A DNA stretch of 59,745 nucleotides, counting the filler, from Bipalium vagum (lineage: Eukaryota): assembly GCA_037834085.1 (NCBI GenBank). It is 3 parts of 3 records of this genome, joined end to end, with 100 filler letters (N's around TTAATTAATTAA, not from the genome) between each part and the next. Parts side by side here need not be neighbours in the genome. Positions count along the whole stretch, not along the records: positions 37,591 to 59,745 come from JBBMKC010226107.1; 2 more parts are not named here. One strand, 5' to 3'. Both the position numbers and the translations under genes were made by a program. The notes below the pieces were generated by a model, which had not been told where the DNA came from, ran no database searches, and was given only the letters and a program-made list of their open reading frames with translations. This document shows, piece by piece, positions 38,889-51,000 of this stretch (position 1 is the first letter of the stretch; every line of letters begins with the position of its first letter).

Positions 38889-39261
38889 TTATATTTTTAA
38901 TGTACCTGTTTTATATGACAAGCTTTCTTGTTTCAGACATTGGTGATCTTCATACATATTCAAGTACAAATCGTAATATCTACTTTTCAAAGCATTCAAA
39001 AACTCTGTAAATGCTGAACCGGTTTTCATTACCAAAATGTCTAGCAGAATGCTCATTTGATCCGAACTGTGTATACTGGTGAATATTTCGCCACTCTCCT
39101 CAATATTAAAAACTTTTCTTTTCAACATCTGATCTATTATTGAATCTGGTCTCACTTCCGATATTAGCCGAGGGTAAAATGTTCTCAGAATATTTTTTTC
39201 TTCTTCTTTCAAACCTAATATAATAAAAGTTAAAGAGATTAAACAATTATTTACGGAACAT
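38889..39261 (-). CDS. CARD (death-fold) domain protein, ~110 aa if the 38905 donor is not used
   Basis: Exon 1 39261-39255 (ATG TTC C), 40-nt intron, exon 2 from 39214: MFRLKEEEKNILRTFYPRLISEVRPDSIIDQMLKRKVFNIEESGEIF..DQMSILLDILVMKTGSAFTEFLNALKSRY, the CARD six-helix pattern (ILR..L..V..IID.L..VF..EI..Q..LLD.L..G..AF..FL.AL); donor GTAC at 38905. Confidence 0.82.
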
Positions 39262-39414
39262 CTTTTTAAAATGTATTTTGAAGAATTTATAATTCACTTT
39301 ATTTAGACTTTAATTTTTAAATTTTCAACAGATTTCATTTTTTTAATTAATTAACATTTCTTTTAAGAAAATATATTTAGTGTATTAAAGTCTTAACAAA
39401 TTTTAAAATAGTCA

Positions 39415-42400
39415 ACATACGATGTCAGAAAGACTATACCAACGAGTTTTCTGAGTCAGAATCTGACTGTAATTGAAGACACTAACCATTAAGGACTTAT
39501 TAATATTTAAATATGATTGATACAAAAGGAATAACAACTTTATCTTGGTAAATTATTACTTAAATGCATCACTTGGTAAATATTGAATATTATAAAGATT
39601 TAAAAATCAGATTACTAATGTTAAAGTAAAATCAATTATTGTATCAATTTGTTCCCTTTTAAATTTAATTTTATAAACGACATTTTTATATATACTTTAT
39701 ACCCTCATTCTCAGAATTTTTTAATTTTCTTCACATTCCTTTCAATTTTTGTCCCGTTATCCTTTTGTAAAACATATCTTTGATCTTGCATCTTCTCAAT
39801 AATATCACAAGGTCCACCATATCTTTCATCTTCTCTTCCTCGAAATTCTACTTTAACTAGAACTTTTTCTCCGACTCGGAAAACTGTCTTTGTATTGTTC
39901 TACACATCTTTGACTTGACCTTGAGATGTTTGATATAACTTATCTCTATATAATTTTCTTCCGAATACCATTTCTGCTGGACTCATTCAAATTGTGTTTT
40001 GTAGTGTCAAATTAATTGCTAATCCCGTCTTTGGTAGAATTTCAGCCTAATCTCTTTCGCTTAAATCACGAATAGTTATGATTTATCTCTCTATTTGGCC
40101 ATTAGTATTGTGATGATAAAGACTAGAAAAACTAATTTCTGCATTAAGCTTCATTGCAAATGCTTTCATGCCTTTGAATCAAATTATTTTCCAAAGCGGA
40201 CATTAATTCTTCTTGGGTTGTCCTTTGAATAGATCCTTCATTCTGTCTTACTAATGCTGTTAACAAGATATATTTGTTATATTTATCAATATACAAAAAT
40301 ATATTTTTCCTTCCAGTTGTTTCTCTTAACGGCCTACATATGCCTATCTATATACATCTGTATCTATATTCCATCTATATATATATATATATATATATCT
40401 TCAAAAATCTCAGATGGTTCCAACTATTGTATTTCTTCTTTAGTTCGTGTAGTAACTACTTTGTATCTTTGACAGACTTCACAAGTTCTGATGATATCAC
40501 TAACTTTTTCTTTCAAATTCGCAATTGATTGATAATTGTCTTTCATACAATATGCTATTTTCTCAGCTCCAGCGTGTGTAAACATGCGATGAGCCGACCA
40601 AACGATATCTTCAAATCATCTATTCCAGTATTTTTCGTTATTTTTCTTTCTGTCTTTCGATTCCGCAAGCAAATGTTCTTCTTTTGCCACTGCATCTAAA
40701 ATCTTAGTTCAAACTTTTTAAACTTTTAGATCCTCATACTGAGTTTGACATTGACACATGTGTCACACTCTGGCTTGATAGCATATTAGTATTTGAATAT
40801 ACAGCGCCTTTACTATATTCTAGCCTCATATCTAGGCTACTAAGATAACTGATTCATGTTTGAAATTGCGATATGGTTGACTTTTTATTGTAAAAATAAA
40901 GGCTATGGCTTTCTGATCCGTTCATAATATAAAACGTTTGCCATATAAATAATGACTGAAATTATTACAAAATTAATAAGCAGCCAATAACCCTTTCCTT
41001 GTTGCACAATATCTTTTTTCATGAGCATTCATTGAATATGAACCAGATGCAACGATCTTCTCGAATCTATTTGAATCTTTCTGTGAGAGTACTAAGCAGT
41101 TTTATCGAGTCTAAATCCGTATCCAATCTAAATTCATATTCTTAAGTTACCGTTTTTTATGCTCATTAATACATCATTCAAGATTTAGTAATGATTATAT
41201 TTTTTGTCTAAAATACAGTTTTTTAATGTGAGTTTTAATCCAATTCAACTTCATACTATGCATTTCTCAAATCGATTGAACTAAATTAACGTACTATTCA
41301 TAAGGCATCTAACATATCATCAACATCTTCTAATGTTCAGACAGATCCTAATATCTTTCGTTTTCTTATTCCGTACACATATTAGAGGTGTGATATTATG
41401 AACATAGAGATTCTTTATATTTTCGTTAATCTTTCCTTCTAGATTCATTGGTTGTCTAGAAGGTTTTTAATTATAATTAGTTTTGCTTTTGTCTTTATTG
41501 TGTGCTTTGTCAACTGAGGCAACATTATATCACATTTATCTGCTACAAGTCCATCTTGATTCATTTCAATGACCTTCTTTAACCTGAAATCCTCTTTAAG
41601 ATTTAATATTTCTAATGCTCTTTTTAAACGTTTCCCTTTTGAAACCAGGCTAAATTTTTTCCCTCTATGTTGCACAACGTATCACAACAATCATCCTTCT
41701 CTCTAAATTCACTTAAATGCTGCTGAAGCAAACTGTATCGTAAAAATTATAAGAAATTCTTTCAATCAATTACGGAGTAACACTATCCACCACGATAACG
41801 CTTACCAACTTTTATCTGGACCAACACTGACTTCTACATTTATTGTTCTCCTTGTCTCCAAAAAACTGTTGCCTGCACATCTTAATCTCTCACCATACCT
41901 TTCATTTTAATATTATTCATCATTTGAGCAATCTTCTACCTTATTACACTAATTCCAGCTTTTTTATCAAATAAGATGTCAAATTTAAACCCTTGCGCAC
42001 TCATATTCACATTTGGCCTGCCTTGCATTTTGTCCCATTTTTTCTTCAATACCGGTAATCGTATTTAAATGATCATACTCCTCTATTCAATCTTCTCTGT
42101 TGTTTGCCTATTTCCTTCATCTGTCTCAATCCTTTGGGAATAATTGTGTGCGATATCTAATATATGACTCCAACTAGGTCCCCTACTAGTTTACCTTGGT
42201 CTTTTGAGTATACCAATATATTCTCATATTCTACTCTCATGCAATCTCCTTCTGATATCACATCAATATTTTCGGTAACTGTATTAATCCTTCTATTTCC
42301 ATCACCCCACTATTACTTTCAAAAAAATTCCGGTTTCTTCTCTAGTCTACACCTCTATTTAGATTTGTATAGTACTCAGAAGCTTGGTGACCATTTCTTA

Positions 42401-42640
42401 CAAACCTTTGAAATTTTTACTCTGTACAATTCCTTGGAATGTGCCCTGCTTTTTCACAAAACTTTTTCTTTTAAATGTCCAATACTTCACTGATCTTTTT
42501 ATTGGGGAGTCCTTCCAAAGGTGACAGGATTTTTTAAAAGAGAAACATTCTACCCAGCTGTTCGAGTATTCCACGGCAGATCGTGGATTGTTTTCTTAAA
42601 GAGCTATTTGAGGGTTTTATGAAATCATGTTTGGAGAAAC
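39415..42640 (-). mobile_element. degenerate Ty3/Gypsy LTR retrotransposon (gag-PR-RT-RH-IN)
   Basis: RNase H HEKRYCATRKGLLAA..FSHYLYGKRFIL*TDQKA; integrase HRMFTHAG..CEVCQRYK, FSSLYHHNTNGQIER, GPCDIIEK; purine tract at ~39702-39712 before a possible 3' LTR; many stops. Confidence 0.85.
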
Positions 42641-43574
42641 TACAAAACCGTTAGTGAAATCAATGCCCAGCCATAGTTAACAGTTATGGGTGGCATATAA
42701 AGTATTAGATACGAAGTTAGCGTCGAAAATCCACTTTATTTTCAAAAGTTAAAAGTGTGTAATATTTTTTACCATCACTGTACTAAATGTTATAATTTCA
42801 TCTTATCAAGCTTTGGAAACTTAAAATTCCCAGAGATGAAAATCTTATTATTTTATTCCCTGTTATTGTTAAATACAGAATTAAAATCTTGTGAAATAAC
42901 ATATTTCTTAATTACATAATACAGGATGCTCTAGATAAATCGAGAATTTTTAATGCTGTATTAAACATTATTTTTGTGAAATCCATCTTATTTTCATTTG
43001 TTTAAATAAATTAATTTATCCATAATATTAATTACAGAAAACAACAAATTTTATAAATTTAAATGACTCTAGTTTCATAAGGGGAAAATACTTAAACTTA
43101 TTGTTTTTTTGATTATACTAAAACCATAAGTTGCAAAAATTTTTAAAACATTTTAAGGAGGATGATGACAAAAATAATCTACAAGCTAAAAGAAATGGAA
43201 TCCAAATTTCATCGCCAATTTTAAAGAGAATATTATACAGCTCATAAAGGAATGGCTTCTATGAAATACTAACCTACATTAGTCAACAGATTTGTGGTCT
43301 GACTTCAACACTCACCTTAATCTTCTGGGTCAAAATCTCAGTACCATTAAGTCATTACAATATACTATTTAGACGGTAATGATACATTTGAGTTAAAAGG
43401 TTAAGCAACCATGTATCGGGTTTGGGTCCCGAGTAGTAGCCGTGGTGGTAATTAATGGAGACCACACAAAATAATGTTATTTTACAGACTTCTTATTGAT
43501 ATACCCAAATTTTTATTTAAATACACTTGAATTGTTTTATTAACATTTTCTACTTATTTTACAAAAATTCCGAT

Positions 43575-46500
43575 TTATCTCAAACAATCTGTACTTTTGG
43601 AAAACACCAAAAATACAAAGGTCACTAACCATATTTAAAAAAGGAACTTTTTAAGTCTTTTTTAATATCATTTTCTTGGTTTTCTATATTCACAAAATGA
43701 GATATTCTAGGTTGAACACTTTTCCCTGATAAGGTTTCTCTCATTTTTATAGGTGTCTGAAGAACTGGAATTTCCAATTGCCTATTTTCTCTAGAAACCT
43801 CTAATCTCCGTTCCAAATTATAGATCTAAGCATAAATATATTTTAAATAATAGTTTATACCTTAAGATAGTATGTCACTGTTTTTTAAGATATCGTGGAA
43901 TTTCAAATTATTATTAAATATAAAATTTATTAATATTTTAAAATTTTATTGCATTTATTATTTTCTTTAATTCTCCAATTCCAATTTTAAGATCTAGCTT
44001 TAAATAAATGAATTTCAAAAAATTAAACAAATTAATGAATAAACCTTTACATTAAAATGAATGAAATTGTTAATAAAAAGAACAAAAAAAAAACCAATGT
44101 TATTAATTTTAATTGATTTTTAATCTATAAAATAACAATCAATATTATTTTTTTAATTAATAAAAAATATTCTATAGAAAAATTCTGTAACATTGTAAAT
44201 AAAAATTTAATTAATTCTGATTGCTTGAAGTTCAAGAGAATTATTTAAACAAAAAAACAAAAACACGTGTTCTGTTCAATACACATCAAAATATTTACTT
44301 TTGACTAAATTTTTAAATAAAACGAAATTTTTATTTTATTGACATTATTTAGAGACATGATTTAAGGTAAAAGAAATATTATACACATAAACATTAAAAA
44401 TATTAAACAAATAAGAATTTCTTTAAACGTATCTTTTATGTGGTTTTATTTTATTTTTTGAATGTTAATTTTTTTTGCTTTATTGAATTTTTCAGTCATT
44501 TGTCCTTGATTTACATTCTTATTAAATTATTAAAATGTTCTCTACCAAATAATTAATATAATGAAATATTCAACGTCGTTTAGATTGTCATAATTTGATG
44601 TAGATATTTTATTCTACTCTTACTTTGCGTTACCATAATAAATAAAATCTGGCTGAATAAAAATTAATAATTTTCATTTAAGTGATACATCCAATGGATG
44701 GTTCAAAAATAAATTTGTTTTACTTGTTGTATTTCTTTAAAATTTAAGTAAAATAAAATATATCTCGAATTTTATTTATTTTTACTCAAAATGATTTTCT
44801 TAAACAAAATATAATAAAATAATAAATAAATGAAAAAAAAGATATGAAAATAAATAATTTCCAAACCTTTTCTTCATCTTTATGCCACGTTTTAAAAAAT
44901 TGTATCGCTGAAGCTTTATCTTTTTCAAGAAGCTGAATATTCTTAATATCTTCCAGTCCACTCTTAGTGCTGTCGAAATGTGTCACAATTGAAACCAAGA
45001 GATCCAATATTAATTGATATGTCTAATTAGCACTTGTAATTTAGACAGAAATATTATCAAATAATATAATAATAATAATTATAAATTCCGATGAAGTTTA
45101 ATTCTTCAACACAAAGTTAATAAAGAATACAATTAATATTAAATGACCGAAACCACAAAAATAATGAATGATTATATTTTGAATATTATATATTTTTTTA
45201 TTAAATGTTAGAATTTTCTTTTCTAAAAAAGAAATCAAGGGTGATTTAATTATTTTTAAAAAAATATTTCTTTCAGTTCGATTGTGCTTTTGAATAATTC
45301 AAATTAAGGAATAATATTTATTGATAAAGGATAGCATTTTCTGACGACCAAGAGATGTCACCCACTACACATACCTCATAATCAGCTACACTATTCAACA
45401 CAGGGTCTCGACACTTATCCATCGAATGGCAGGCGGCGTTGACCACACGACAACGCGATGGGAACAAAAAGTCTGAAGTCAATATCAACGGAATTTCCAA
45501 TCTCTCATATGAGGTGCATCAACCTATGAAAACCTAGTGCTCTATGTTCCGAACCGGCTGCCCAAGGCACCAAAAACTGCACAATCTCTCGGGCTATGAA
45601 GTGAAATGGAACCGGTATTGACAGGTCACGGAGAAGTGTGTCCATGGAGTGTTAAAGTTTCCAGATTTTCAGAAAATAAAACCACTTTAAATGCAACAGT
45701 TAAATCAAATTTGCTTATGTTAGAAGGTGTTTAACTGTATTATTCAAATTTATTACGAAAAAATCATTCGTAACAAAATACTTTTCAATAGCAATGTTCA
45801 GAGAATTTTTAATTTGTTCAACATGAAAATACATGGTTGTTATCTCAGTTTAAAACCAATCTTATCCACTTTTATATTTAAATACAGCATTTCCATAATA
45901 TGAACACAATAAAAACAATTTTCGTTTCCAAGAGAAGGTCTTGAAGTTGCTAACGAAAAACCTTGAGAGACCGGTCATATTAGGAATTCAGAAACGAAGA
46001 TATCGTTCGAAATGACAAATTTCTTTCCCAATCCAAGTCTCACTTTTTATCAAAAATAAATCAATGAATAAGTGTATCCTTTATATAAAGTATTATGAAA
46101 AATATTTTGATAAACAAGGTTTATTAACATTTTTTGAGTCTTATTATTATAATTTTATTTTATTTTTAGTTTTTCTCATTTAAAATCCTCAATTAAAACG
46201 AATCATTAAAGAAATCTTTATATTTTTGAACCAAAATTTTTGAATCACTTTGATTGTTCTTTCAATTTAAAGTAATTAATTAATAAAATTAAATTCAGAT
46301 AATAATTATTCTAACTGTTTCGTCCAGCTTCTTAACATTTGCCATTTGCTTTCTGACCATTTGCAGTTTGACAAGAAATGCTCCAGCACTTTGGTCTGAA
46401 ATTACAGGGGCTCGAAGCCACCCATTCGGTTCAGGTTTAGGAATAAGCCCAGTGTATTTAAGAATGAGAATGAGAAGACTTAAATCCGAGGGTGGAAATA

Positions 46501-46821
46501 TAATTGATTCTTTATCGCTTGAATAGAGGAGATTCCACTGATAAGAAGTTATAATTCCTCTACATCTCAAGCGTCTTAAGCTTAACTGAATCTACATATG
46601 AAATAAGAATTACAGAAGTAAAATTTGAAGTAAATTAGCAATTGCACCTCTGGTTTCCTTAACAAATTTCTATAACCATCGGCATCAATTAGATACGTTT
46701 TCAGATAATTTTGTAAGGTCGATGGTACGACTTCGTGTATTAAGAAACAAAGTTTTGCAAAATTGGAAAACGTTGAATCAAACGTGTCGATTTTTATGTC
46801 ATTTGGTGTCAGTAGAGCTAC
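43575..46821 (-). CDS. DZIP3/hRUL138-like HEPN domain protein with coiled-coil tail
   Basis: Exons 46821-46648, 46591-46316, 45022-44867, 43825-43630, 43588-43575 join in frame via GT-AG introns: NFAKLCFLIHEVVPSTLQ..LRRLRCRGIITSYQWNLLY..SDLSLLILILK..PEPNGWLRAPVISDQSAGAFLVKLQMVRKQMANVKKLDETTYQLILDLL..TWHKDEEK-IYNLERRLE. Matches the HEPN_DZIP3 pattern (NYARL..QWxLLY..DITLL..P..GW..P..D.S.GA.L.R...RN..AH). Last two exons less certain; AATAAA ~35 nt after the stop. Confidence 0.8.
45320..45665. other. GC-rich island of unknown origin in a HEPN-gene intron
   Basis: Roughly half GC against very AT-rich flanks; no long ORF or recognisable motif. Confidence 0.5.
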
Positions 46822-47269
46822 CTGAACGATACAGTAATAAAAAAACTTAGAACTGGGAAGTGATAAAAAAATGTACATAGGTTTTCACTATATTTTATTT
46901 ATTTATTATGAAAATTATAATTATTTCTGTAGGAATTTGATTAAATATTTCTCTTCGATTGGTTTAAAAATTAACAATTAGAGTACCAGAGAGGGAAATC
47001 GTGATTTACTCAAGAGTCACTTGAATATATTGAGTTAGAAAAGGTATTTTCTTAATCATGAACCACAATTTCATTTTAAGTACTGTCAATTTTTAAACCT
47101 CTGTGATAACAGCTACAAAATTTTGTATATTAATTAAAATAATTCTAAGGAAAAATGGAAAATAATCTTAGTCAATCAATTTCAGTAAGAAAAATCAAAA
47201 TATTGTTAGTTGTAAAAATAAATTTTAAAGTGGTGTTTCTATAATTCAACCTTCATTAGAGAAAAACAA

Positions 47270-47745
47270 GGTTGCATTTAATCATAAAAATGTCTTCTAT
47301 TCCTGTCTGTAATCCAGCCGAATTTTGAAACTCTAAATAAAAGAAATTTTCATCATTTAATCTGATATCTAAATTTTGAATTTCCTTTGTCAAATGATAG
47401 CAAGATGGACTGTATGGACCATTTGCGTAGCCCATTTCTTATTTTATGATATTAAGGTATTAATTTTTATCTAAATAAATTTTTACCAAAGTAACTGTCC
47501 TTTCCAAATATTAATAAAATACTTTCCAATCAGATGCTCCATCTGTTTCACATTATCAACTATATCCATGACCTTCAAAATTCTAAATAACTTGTTCTAA
47601 ACAAAACATGACCAAACCGAATTTCAATCTGTAAATCTTAAACGTTTTCCAATTTCTGTTTTTCGTCTTAACTTAGATTTTTAAAAATAATAAGAACCAA
47701 TTTGGTATATTCGAAATCATAAAATAAAATAATGAAATACCTCAT
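47270..47745 (-). pseudogene. degenerate CARD and linker exons, the 5' end of the HEPN gene
   Basis: TTAAAAAG-ATG-AG|GT micro first exon, same context as 39261; LS*DEKQKLENV*DLQIEIR..ILKVMDIVDNVKQMEHLI..FINI resembles LKEEEKNILRTFYPRLISEVR..SDQMSILL..FLNAL; linker exon FQNSAGLQTGIEDIFMIKCNL|gt is phase-compatible with 46821. Confidence 0.5.
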
Positions 47746-49194
47746 CTTTTTAATGGCCCACTTATGTTTTTATATTAACATTAAACATTTCAATTTTTAT
47801 ATGAATTTTTTTGATAAATAAGGTTTTAGTTTTAATCAATGACGATTTTATTTTGATTTTGACAACTTTAGTCAGATTTTGATTTTACAATAAACATTTT
47901 CTTTTTTCCTTTTTATTCTTTTAATTATTTTTTCAAAATGGTTTAATTAATGGTAGTAAAAAGCCGATTCAGTATTTATTACCCACCATTCACCATTAAA
48001 AAAAGGACTGAAAAAAGTATTCAAGAATTTTTTATGTCAAGTCAATTAAAACAAAAACCCTTGATTTTTAAGATCCAACTATACTTACAACAAAGAAAAT
48101 TCTTATTTTACTATGATATCTTTAGGAAAATCTTTAATTTTTAAAATTATTATTTCTCATGTGGAAAAGAAAGATTTATCTGAAATGTTTTAAAAGGAAA
48201 TAGGTACTTGACTATTATTAACTGAATGTAGAGGGAACAGTAATTTTTATTGGAATACGAAGACAGGAATTATTCCCAGGACTGTAAACTTAAACTTTAT
48301 GAATTAAAGAACATTAAAAAAACAATTAGGTTTTCTAATCCTTTTTCAAATCTGTGATGTGTCAAAAAGAAAGGCTAAGAAAGAATCCTAAACTTAAATG
48401 TCTCACATCAGTCGTAATTTAATATAAAAAGTTGGAAAAATAAAAATTCTTCTCCTGAGTTAGATAATGGAAAGTAACTTTTTTTAAACATGACACCAAA
48501 TTTCTGTTTATATTTTACGCGAATAATATCTTATCAGACGTGAAAAAGAATTAAAAGAACATTAAAGTTTTATTAAATTCTTCATATTAAGACCATAAAG
48601 TAAAAATAAAAAAGTTATTTGTTATTTATAAATTTTTTTTATTAATAAGATTATTTGATGATGTCTATTGGTTAGTAACAACCGTATATGAGCACAATTT
48701 ATTAATTTCCTTTTTTGAAAAAATAAAAAATATTTTTATGAATTTTAACCATAATTTTTAAAATAAAATAAAACCGAACAATAACAGTACACCCAATGAT
48801 ATTTATAAATTATATAACAAGAGAAATACTTAACTTATTAATATTTAATTAAATTAAAAAACTTTAAAGAAAAGAGTATAAAAATATCCTTAGTAAATAA
48901 ATCATTTTACCTTTTTGGCTTTATTACGCCCACTTAAAGAAAGCATTTCACAGTATAATAGCTAATTACAAACAAAGTTTAGATAATACCATTTGATAGA
49001 ACAAGTTAAATTAAACGTATAGAAAAACAAAATGCTTGAACAGTTCAAATACAAAAATAGACTTAATTCTAATTTCAAATGAGGTTATAGCTGAGCAGTA
49101 ATGCAACGGGTTTATTATTAACCTTTCTTCATAATGTTTAATAATAGAAATAAGGAAAGTTTCCTGATTTTTTAAAAATCATATTTTAATCCGA

Positions 49195-49535
49195 GCTTTT
49201 AAATATTTAAAAATATGGTTGAAATTCTGTTTGGTCCCGTTTTGTTTAAAGAAAAATCATGAATATCAACACCTTTTTTTATTACTGATTGTAACAACAA
49301 TAAAAATATATTTTATTCATTATCCTAACCAAAAAATTTGTAACAGTCTATGGTTGTAGCTCTGAAGAGTACTGTTACCTTTTTAATAAATTTTTTAGAT
49401 AAAAATTAAATTTATATAATATCAAAATAAAAATTGAAAATTTTTTTATTTCATCTTTTAAATAATTATAATTAGACCGCTTAAACAAAACGGGGTCAAC
49501 CAAAAATTAATCCTTCTCTTAAATGTTTTTAAAAT
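49195..49535. repeat. imperfect inverted repeat (MITE/foldback relic)
   Basis: CCCGTTTTGTTTAA (~49236) and TTAAACAAAACGGG (~49481), with weaker similarity extending outward. Confidence 0.5.
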
Positions 49536-49821
49536 CTAAATACTTTAATTACTAAATTTGATTATATTGCAGTAATAATTTGCAATACTAATTTTATGTA
49601 AATCTTCATGGAAATAACAAAGAATACCCTTTTTGAGTTTCTATTATTGTATATCCTATATTTATTTCATAAACCAAAATATCAGTCCATCTTTTTCATG
49701 TTTTCCTTTTTACTTTTTTTGTAAACAGAAGGAAAATGAGAGAAGAACATAGATCTTAAAATGCTTTCATACTGCTTGGAATTTAAATGATCATGTTTTA
49801 TTGTGAATCACAAGTATAGTT

Positions 49822-49990
49822 TACATGTTAGCGGTCCGTTTTCTTCCTCTTCCAGGACAGTCACTATTATGACCTTGCGATTACATAGGAAAGCTTTTGC
49901 TTAGATACCTTGAGCAATCGCGCGATTTCGATTTGACGTTTTCTCCTTCCATGCATAACCAAAAAATCAGATCGCTCATTTGTCATCCAT
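49822..49990 (-). mobile_element. maT/DD37D transposase N-terminal relic
   Basis: MDDK*AI..KRQIEIARLLKVSKQKLSYVI..GHNSDCPGRGRKRTAN. Confidence 0.65.
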
Positions 49991-50649
49991 TAATAAAAAT
50001 ATTAAGAAATCAATTAAAATTCATTAATTAAATTTGATTGATTGGAATTTGTATATTACGCTGATATAAAAAATTTTATTCATACAATAAGACAAACTGC
50101 TTATATAACGTTTTGAAGTTTGTCTGATTTATTTTGAAATACCTTTATATTAACTTAATCAGTTTTTTTTAGAAAGGATTAGTTAATATCTCCAAATTTG
50201 TTTGTCTAATAAAATTCCTAAATAAGTTTAGGATCTCGAGTAATTAATATTAATAATATAAAAACGAAAATAGTATATCTAACTAAAAACAAATATTTAA
50301 ACAAAAAATTTAAAAACTGGTTTATTATAATTTTTACACGAATAAGTTGAGAGCAACTGTGTTTCTTCTTTCAGCTGATATTATACATTCTTTTATGTAT
50401 ATTTCGCACGTTTCACAATACAAAAGATAATTTTATTTTGTTCAACTAATGAATTCTCATTCTCACTGAAAAAATAATTTCTCTATCATAATTCTAATTT
50501 GAAAATCTGCAAAATGTTGAAAAAATGTCACTTATTGCTAAAAATAGCATTTGTTTTATTTAAATGCATAATTTGTAAGAAGGATGTCAATAATAAAACA
50601 TAAGAAGAATATGTATTATATTTTATTATGGTAAGAAAAATAAGAACAT

Positions 50650-51000
50650 TTGTCATGGTGTTGTCGGGAGATATGTAAGCTCATTCTAATCTATTCCTTC
50701 TACATTTTAATATTTTCTATGATTTCCAAAAAAATACCAAATTTAGTTACCATGCAACTGCACCCATCGATATAAACAATGCTTAGAATAGAAATAGTCT
50801 ACGTTAATTGGTCCAATCAAATCCATTTGTTGGATGAAATGTATTTATTGTAAGACTAGCGAATGTTATAAGTCCATGTCGAGAGAACATTTGAGCTATT
50901 TGACATCATTCTCCCATATTTGATAGAAAGTTCTCCACTGAACGACTGCATTCATGTCTTTGTAAGAGTTCTCCAAGTTCAGTTGATTCTAATTATCATG
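50650..51000 (-). mobile_element. possible retroelement integrase relic
   Basis: HFIQQMDLIGPI..ILSIV..RWVQL resembles the integrase core WQMDLIGPL..YILVIVD.FSRW. Confidence 0.4.

Noticed and set aside
43940-43997. Extra HEPN-gene exon LDLKIGIGELKKIINAIKF*
   Set aside because: Has an acceptor but stops with no donor; may be an alternative last exon, so left out of the model
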